A stretch of 64,000 nt of DNA from Podarcis liolepis (lineage: Eukaryota), in the NCBI GenBank assembly GCA_965112155.1, contig OZ218107.1. One strand, written 5' to 3'. Positions 1 to 64,000 of this stretch are shown here, piece after piece. Made by a program: the position numbers and the translations under genes. The notes beneath the pieces are model-generated. The model saw only the letters and a program-made list of their open reading frames with translations. It was not told the DNA's origin and searched no databases. Positions within the stretch are counted from its first letter, which is position 1. Every line of letters starts with the position of its first letter.

Positions 1-144
1 TTTGTTTTGAGGTAGAATTCCAAAAGCCAATATTTTTGAGATTATAATCCTTTTGCACAGGATTCATGAACAAACCTCTAATATAACAAACAGCAGACAG
101 CAAGTGTTCTTGTTCAGACCTTGTTCATTCCAAAAGGTTCTTAC

Positions 145-56089
<55,945 letters not shown>

Positions 56090-56536
56090 CTAAAAGATGG
56101 GGGCAAGAAAACATATATGAAAAACTGGAACAAAAACAAATCAAACTTAATTATATAGGCAAGGCCACAAACATGCAGACTCTGGGGGCAGGATTAGATT
56201 CTACGACACACAGGACTGAAGGAGCCCAGCCACGGGCACAACCCCTCCTCAGCCAACATGTGATGTAACATCACTGCAGTTTTCCATTCTTTATCTCCAC
56301 AGCAGAAAGTCAGTGGTGTCTACTTGTGCTATACTAAATTTTACCAGAACTGTAAGGAGAAAGACACCTCAGGTGACCAGATAAACTTGTAGCAGCTACT
56401 TCTTCCCTAGAAAAGTATGGTTTTTACAGAACTTCACGCAGTTTGATTATCTTCTTCCTTAAAAACCCATCTGGAGAATTTACTTTTGAATTTATGGCAA
56501 ACTTATCAGACTTTGCCTACAAACATATGCACACTT

Positions 56537-56746
56537 GAGGTGAGAGGAGGTCAGGAAAGTAAGGAAATGAAATGTATGATACGGAAGGATTAATTTTGTT
56601 TTTTAAGTGTTTTTTTCCATTTTTTTCTATATATTGTATTTTGTATGTTTTTCTCTTTTTCCCCCTCTATATTTTTCCTTGTCTTTGCTATTTTTAATTA
56701 TGTGATTTTTTTGTTTCTGAAATTTTAATAAATATCATTTAAAAAA
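56537..56746 (+). mobile_element. Short retroposed insertion (probable LINE 3' UTR)
   Basis: 18-bp direct repeat acaaacatatgcacactt at 56519 and 56747; AATAAA and an A run at the 3' end. Confidence 0.8.
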
Positions 56747-57291
56747 ACAAACATATGCACACTTAACCACTGCAGACCAACCTTGTTTAAAAATACAACT
56801 TGCTCATTTAATACTTTAATTTCTAGTTTCTGTAAGGTTTAAAATATGATGTATGACTACTCATAAGCCTATAAAGGAATCCTTACTTTGAAATTACTCA
56901 CTATCGAAGGATGATAAAAGAAATAACAGAGAACTGTGGTGACCCTCCAGATGTGGTAGCATTGCAACTCCTATCAGGCCCAGTCAGGGTAAGATATGAC
57001 CAGGTTTTGAAATCAGTTGGGCGCTAGTCACATTTTGCAACATGCAACTGGCCTCTTGCAACCAGATGGAGATGTCAAAGCACCACCTTTGACACCTAAC
57101 ATCTCCACCTGCCTGGCCTGGTGATTCAGGGGGTCTTGCAGGGTAGCGCGACTGTAAAATACGTGTCTTTTGCTGCTGCACTACCCTGCAGACCCCCTGA
57201 ATCACTCAGCAGCAAAAATAATTTGTCTCCCTCCCTCCTTCCCTCCCTCTGCTGTGCTATTGTGTGAATCAGGTGTTGAGGTAATTTGGTT

Positions 57292-57525
57292 TTAGCAGGC
57301 ACTGAAAATAGCACAGTGGAGGTGCTTGATCTCAATAGGTAGGGAGTTCCAAAGTGTAAGCAGTGCCACACTAAATGACCAAGTTTTTACAAATGTGGAA
57401 TGAGTTCTACATGGCACCTGTAGTAATGCCAATTCTGCCGACTGAAGAGGACAAGTGGGCACATGTAGGGTAAGGCAATCTCGTGGGTAAACTGGTCCTA
57501 AATTGTTAAGGGCTTTATATACTAA
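57292..57525 (-). mobile_element. L2-type LINE RT fragment
   Basis: KLVYKALNNLGPVYPRD...FSVALLTLWNSLP. Confidence 0.78.
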
Positions 57526-57747
57526 TTTATGCAATTCATTATTATTTTTTGTATTTCTACTGAATGCTGCTTTTCTTTTCCCTTTTGACAGTTTTGCTTG
57601 CTAGGTCCTTTTTTTAGCATGAAATACTGAATGTTATCTTAGAATTCAGAGTCTTGCTATTCAAGAATTTAAGCAAATGTGCTCGCACACAAAGCATAAA
57701 GGGAATGCCTCAGTAATCCACAACAATGTAACAATGCTACTTGAAAA

Positions 57748-57900
57748 ACATATGAAGAACCTGCTGGATCAGGCCATTGGCCCATCTAATCCAGCATCCC
57801 GTTCTCACAGTGGCCAACCAGGTGCCTGTAGGAAACCTGCAAGCAGGACCCAAGCACTCGCCCCCCCCCCTGCACCTGTGGTTTCCAGCCACTGGTATTC
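57748..57900 (-). mobile_element. CR1 3' end fragment
   Basis: Reverse complement of the CR1 tail at 54481-54586. Confidence 0.78.
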
Positions 57901-60900
57901 AAAATGGCTGGAGATCTCAACAATGCTGAATTCCAAAAGAGTAAAGAAAACCCTGGATTGAAAAGCGAAACACATGCAATTGTGTTCTACAAATTTAGAA
58001 ACATTGAGTAACCTAATCTGAGAAATTTAAATACAGAACTTTCAAAAAGCCTGAATTTCACCACCACCACAATTCTCTTCTTAAAAGTACTTTTGCAACA
58101 GATTTGTAATGGCAAACAGAATACAATATAACCACATCTTACACAGGGTTTTGGTTCCAAGGGCTCTGCATATACACAAAAATTGTGTATACCCAAACCC
58201 TTGGAACATCCTTGTGGCTAGTGGGGGAAGGGAAGAAAGAGAACATGCCCAGAACTTCCAGAACCTGTACACAGAGAAGCCCTTGCCCTTTAAAAGCTTT
58301 TTTCACACAGTGAACCTGGCCCCAAAATAGCTTTTAAGCTCTCCACCTTGATTACATTCCAGTTGTGCAATTTTAACTGGCCAGTGTTCAATCATGTAAG
58401 TTAAATGTGTGGAATATGTGATTGTACTGTAAACTCATCTACTACCATCCTTTCCCAAAATTCACAAACATATGCATGACAAAAGAATTAATCTCACTTT
58501 TGTTGCACTAAAAGCAGAAGAAAACATGCTATTAGAAGTGCTGGTGCAGCAAATTACACTTTTGGAACAGGGCAACTGACTTGACTGGTAAGCCACATAT
58601 TTTGCGTCTTCTGCAAATTCTCTCAGATTGCAAGGATTCAACAAGCAGTATATGAAAGCCCAGTAACATTTTCAAGTATTCCTCAAAGACTTACTTAAAT
58701 GAGAAAGCAAACACATTTGCACACATTTTTAAAAATGAACTACTGATGACTAGACAGCAAAACCAGGCCAGTTAAGTATGTTTCTTACTGGAAGCCTTTA
58801 ACCTTTGGATGTAAACATGGAATTTTTGACTTAAGATGCTTTCCCTGTTCTCTGCAGGGTGTGTCAAATGCTAACTTTACTCCAAAGTCATTTGGAAAAG
58901 GAGTGAATTGCACTGCAGCTGACAATGTATTATAACATACTGTTTAAGGAAACACAACTCTGGGTAGCTGCCTGGAACCCCTGGAATCTTGCTACTGCTC
59001 AGCAGGGATTGGGGATGGTACACAACCTTTTTAACAATACATAGTTCCTTACCGATCAGGGCAAAACCCCTACAGCACACAGGCTGGTCATTTAAATGAG
59101 GTGCATGACCGTGTGGAAGTCTTCAACCATGTTCTACCACTTATCAATTTCAATTTAATTGCCCCACAATATTAAGATGACATGTGCTTTGCTGTGTAAT
59201 GATTAAGAGTGGTCCATGGCTTATATAGCATTTATTTTTTCACTGTTATAACAGATAATCCCAAAGGATAAGAAAGAAAATGGATAAACACTGCATTTCC
59301 TTGATAGCAAACCTCCAGGGCTCATCACATCCCCTTCAACAATATTGCCTTCCTAGCAAGTTGAAACAGATGCATGAAGCCTTGTCTGCTAGCTTTGTTC
59401 ATTCCTTTCCACCCACAGTAAATTGTTTTGACATTGTTTCAACAGAAATGCAACACTACCCAGCATGTGACTTGCATTTCTGTAATATAAGGGCACTAAA
59501 TGTGGACAGAAAATAAAAGAATCATTCAAACCACAACTAGCCTTTCTTGGCAATTTATACTTGACAGGTATTCAACATTGGAATTAGCATTCAGTATTAG
59601 AGATGCCCAATGTGTAGCACTGAACACATTATATCATGATCCGAATTATATTGATAGTTCATCCAAATAAAAATGCTTAGTTGTCTGTTCCAAAGCTTAA
59701 CTCTACTTTCCTTTCTGCATGTAACTTTTTTAAGTATCAAGGAGGCACATTAAACAACATTCATACAACTGCCAGGCCAGAAGCCAGACTTCCTTCAACC
59801 ATTTCTCCCATCTAGCTGCAAGATTAGAAGAACCTTTACTTATAACTTGGTCAACTTCATTTAGCTCCAGATCCAAATAAACAGGCCCCTGAAACTTCAT
59901 AGAACATTCAGGTAATAGCAACCCATTTCCCCAGTGGACATTTCATTTTTATTTTATTTTTAATTCACAAGCAGAGAACCACAAAGCAATTGTTCAAGTT
60001 GCACACTTGGCTACCATGTGTTTCTTTTAGTGTCCCATCCACCCTCACTATAAAAAGGAGTAGGTAGAATGAAACTGTCCCCCAACTCCAGGAGGTCCTT
60101 ATCCTTGTGCACCACTCTCTGTCACCAACATGTCTGGGCAGCATGAAGGAATGATGCTTACACAGTCCTTGCCCCCAATGGTTTTTACAGGAGCTGTTTT
60201 AAAAAAAATATTTTTCCTACCACGCTTGTGTGTCCACTAGTAAATTAGAATACTACAACTTTCTCTCTAGGTCCATGTTGGCACTTTGCATCCTCCTATC
60301 ACTAACAAGGTTATTCAGGCATGGCACTGAGTCAGATATTCCTTGCACCTTCCAAAGCCCGTAACCCAGAAGTAAGCCTTCCATTTCAGGGTCTTTAACC
60401 CTGCTCCTCCTCTCCTCATCACTGTTGACTGCTAATCCACCATTTCCTTCTGAACAGGAAAGAACAAGAGGCAATGGAAACAAGGAAGATGGGTCAGCAG
60501 CCACTAGTCTGCTCACACACACCTGCCCTCCCCCTCTGGGCAGTGATGTCAATTGAATGACTTTGCCATCATGGGCAGATGAAGGTGAATAGGAAATAGA
60601 AGTGAGGATGAGCAAAGCCAACTATGGGTCACCAATATAACTTTTCAAACACATTTAAGTGTTGCTGTTTTTAAGGAAATATAGTTGCTCCAAAATTAAG
60701 ACAATTTTTTGTCCCAGAAATAAATATTGATCATATTTTCTGAATTCCAGCTGTGTTTTTTAACCAATCCCCTAAAGGTTTTAAGTGGAGCAAGCCTGGT
60801 GAATCTCCCTTTGGAGTGCCACAATACGTATGCCACTCCAAGAAAAAAAACACATTTCTAACAGACGATATCTTCATTGCAGATGATGGTGACAACCCAG

Positions 60901-62419
60901 AGCAAAGTCTCTCTAGCTGATCTCAATTCACATGGGTGAGTTAAACTGTCTTTGAGAGCTTATAAATTTTAAATGAGCAAGATAATTTTAAAAGCACACA
61001 CACATGCATAATGCAGTACACAGTCTCCGATTACAGTTTTCCAAGATGAAAACACTGATATTTTATAAAGGACAGATATTACAAAGTCTATGAGAAATGC
61101 AAGTGCATAGCAACTGGTATCTTCAAAATTCTGTTTTTGTTTACATGAAACGATAAAGAGTAGATAAAATAATTAACATGCCGGCTATTCTGCAAATGCT
61201 TAAATTTACAAACTATGGCATTGTCAGCAACTAGACACACTTTTTTAAAAAAAGTATAATTAAAACAATGGGATCCCAAACTATAGTAACTGTAGCTAGG
61301 CAACAAACAATCAGATGTTTTTAACACCTGTGCACAATGCTCATAAGCACAGGGGATTGGAAAGAATAGAGCAGTTGCGTAGGAGAAAATTCTAGCATTC
61401 ATGAACCCAAGAACAGCAGAATAGGATGGTATTTTTCAAAAAGATATTAGTGAACTGTACAGAGTCCAAAAGGAGGTCAGTGTCAGATATTATTCCTTGC
61501 AGAAGCAAGGAAACCCAGGCCAGGGAGCACATGCCAACTCCTGAAACAAACATCAGTCTGAGAGAACTGTTGGGGTTTCCGCATTCGCACCTTCCCTGGG
61601 GCTACATAAGACTAATGTGTTCCAAGGGAAGGCAAACAAAAAGAAACCTTGGCCAAGAAGCTAGTGCCAACAGCTCCTATATTTTACACTTTGGGGTATA
61701 AAATCTACCAAGTTGAGGAAATCAACTACAAACTCTTGTATGCATAAAGGCAAAGTTTGAGTGAAGCATGTGCAGGGCAAATGCAGTTCTTATCATAGTT
61801 TTGGATAAGGTCACCGTTCAATGTTCAGTTTGTGTTTGTATTCATTTCCTCTTTACAAGGAAGCTGCCCTAGGAAAATACCATCTTCAAATACAGCCTTT
61901 AGTAATACTTATAACTATCACCAGTTTGCCTGCTCAGTTCTCCTATCCTATGACTAACTCAAATATAAGCAATATGCCAGCTAACATACTAGGACTCTAA
62001 ATCAATGTTTTTCTTCTAGATTTAAGTTTATAATTTCTGGCTAATTCAACGTCCCAATTAGTCTCATAGGTACAGTTTGCCTTGCATGTGAAGATCTAAC
62101 TACTGTTTATATTTGAATAATTCATACTATGCAATTAATATATACTACTCATAACTGGCATTGCTTGGGAATTGTAAGAAATCAAAAAAATCAGTGCAGC
62201 TTTTAAAGTTTCAGTCCACCATCTTGATTCAAATAGTGTCCAGCTGTATCCAAACACAGACGGAAACCTGTTCCTTGACCTCAGGAACCATCTAGCAATA
62301 TTTGGGCATAATGTATTATGAAATATTCAAATGTATAGCAAGCACCTTTCCAGAATACATAATAGACATCTCTCACACACATAGAGCACATTTTTAAAGT
62401 AGCACATTTTTTAAAGAAA

Positions 62420-63140
62420 ATGTATTAGCTTCAATACCTAAGGTGTCATTAGATTTAAAATTAAGACTAATACAACAGAAAATAATATTTAGAGTTTATT
62501 GGACCCCTTTACGGTTGTATAAAAAAGGGTTAGCTAAGACAGTTCAGTGTTGGAGATGTGGCAAGGACAATGCCTCTCTGAAACACATGTTTGTACAGTG
62601 TTCTTTACTTAAGTTTTGGGAGAAATTGCTGGACTGTGTAACTATGACTGTGCAGAAAGTTAAATCTTTCAGCAGCGAATATTTTATTGAACTATATACC
62701 TGCAGTATGGAAATTATCAATGAGACAATGGAAATGGATTTTCCATGCCCTAGTGGTGGCCAAGAGATTGATGTTGAGGAATTTGAAAAATAAAGATATG
62801 ATAGCTTTCAATCAATGGACAGATGATATGACATCACTCGCAATTTATGAACAGACTGCTTACAGGCACAGACTCTGTATGGATAAATACGATAAAATTT
62901 GGAATGAGTTTATACATAATGTCGTAGGCTATTAACATTTACATAAGCACCAGGACATTAACACTCTACCTATTTATATAAGAATGTATGGGAATAGCGT
63001 ATATTGCTTCTTCTTTTTTTGTATATTTGTGTTTTTAAATGTATCATTGTTATTGTTTTTCTCCCTCTCACTTTCCCCTTTTTTCTGTTTCACTTTATTT
63101 TAACTGAAATCACCATAATTAATATTAATATTTAAAAAAG
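62420..63140 (+). mobile_element. L1/Tx1-type LINE 3' fragment (ORF2 cysteine-rich C-terminus plus UTR)
   Basis: CWRC...LKHMFVQC..LKFW CCHC knuckle; second frame ...YDKIWNEF; T-rich UTR. Confidence 0.8.
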
Positions 63141-63309
63141 AACTAGAAACACCTCTTCCCCCACAGCCTGCTACCACCAATTGGTAGCTAGGCAAAAACT
63201 AACTGGATAGCTCTGAGCTTCAGCACAAGCTTACCCCTTTGCATGTAGGGAACAAAGAGTCCCATTTAGAATTTTCCTGTGCTAGTGGAATTCAGTTTTC
63301 AGCTGGAAA

Positions 63310-63625
63310 ACAGCTCCAGAACCCACTCTCTAGGGAGACTGGTCTAGACCAATTTCTCTCATGCTTCAAGAAGCACCTGAAAGCCTTATTCTTGCCAGGC
63401 CTTCTTTCTACGTCACAGTACGATATCCTATGCCTGAAAGCTGCAATTTGGTATGCTTTAGATTTTGAGTGTGGGTTTTACTGTTTTATTTCAGTCAATG
63501 GCAGATGTCATATTGTTTTTAATGCTTGAAATTATTTTTATGTGCTTTTATTGTTGCTGTTTTTATTATGAAAGATCTCAAAGTTATTTAACAGGAAGCA
63601 ATCCATAAATAAAATAAATAAATAC
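63310..63625 (+). mobile_element. L2-type LINE 3' fragment
   Basis: CFKKHLKALF remnant followed by a T-rich UTR and (AAAT)n tail. Confidence 0.6.
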
Positions 63626-64000
63626 TTGTTTAGGTGGTTGCAGTGTTTGTATTCCTGCTTCTAAATCTCCTAAATTGTCCTGACTACTTTCAAGTAAAAA
63701 CAGATTATACATTTTCACCTGTCCTTCCAAACTGAGTTTTTAAAAATACTGATATGCCCTACAGGGTGGTTGTAAGGATTAGTGGATTAATGTGTCCAAA
63801 GGCATTATTTTTTTAGCTTGCATAACCAAAAGAGACATTTGGTGTTATGAATAACTCAGAGGTTTGCTGTGGTAATTGTGTATAAGGCCTAATGATAAGG
63901 AAGCCAAAAGGATATGGTTTTGAATCTCTGAAGTATTTAATTATTGCGCCATGTAGCATTTTTATATATTTCTGAATGGGGTGTAAACAAGAAAACATGA

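Noticed and set aside
56090-64000. WNK1 exon 1 or main promoter
   Set aside because: No CpG island and no kinase subdomain I-II coding sequence; this is intron 1.

Overview
Eukaryotic (squamate reptile, probably lacertid lizard) genomic DNA lying entirely inside the WNK1 (with-no-lysine kinase 1) gene on the minus strand. The taxon call rests on a Sauria SINE, a POM/Squam2-like SINE, a Squam3-like SINE and Bov-B. The window runs from intron 1 (right end) to intron 22 (left end). I mapped constitutive exons 2-22 by GT-AG boundaries and phase continuity. I also found the kidney-specific alternative first exon 4a (KS-WNK1) and the neural exons 8b and HSN2. Introns carry the usual squamate repeats: Bov-B, CR1, L2 and L1 fragments, SINEs, hAT and Tc1/mariner-type MITEs, VNTRs and microsatellites. 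The most interesting points are: (1) a candidate 25-nt frameshifting 'poison' micro-exon with strong splice signals 68 nt upstream of exon 4; (2) apparent loss of both NEDD4-2 PY motifs in exons 11 and 12; (3) a conserved HSN2 5' flank whose historical ATG is ACG here; (4) two same-ended mariner-type MITEs with completely different interiors, one a VNTR array of decoy splice sites and one a chain of hairpins. Exon numbers follow the human gene and comparisons with human are from memory; no database search was run. Most ORFs in the supplied track are spurious. I see no evidence for a wholly new multi-gene system here.
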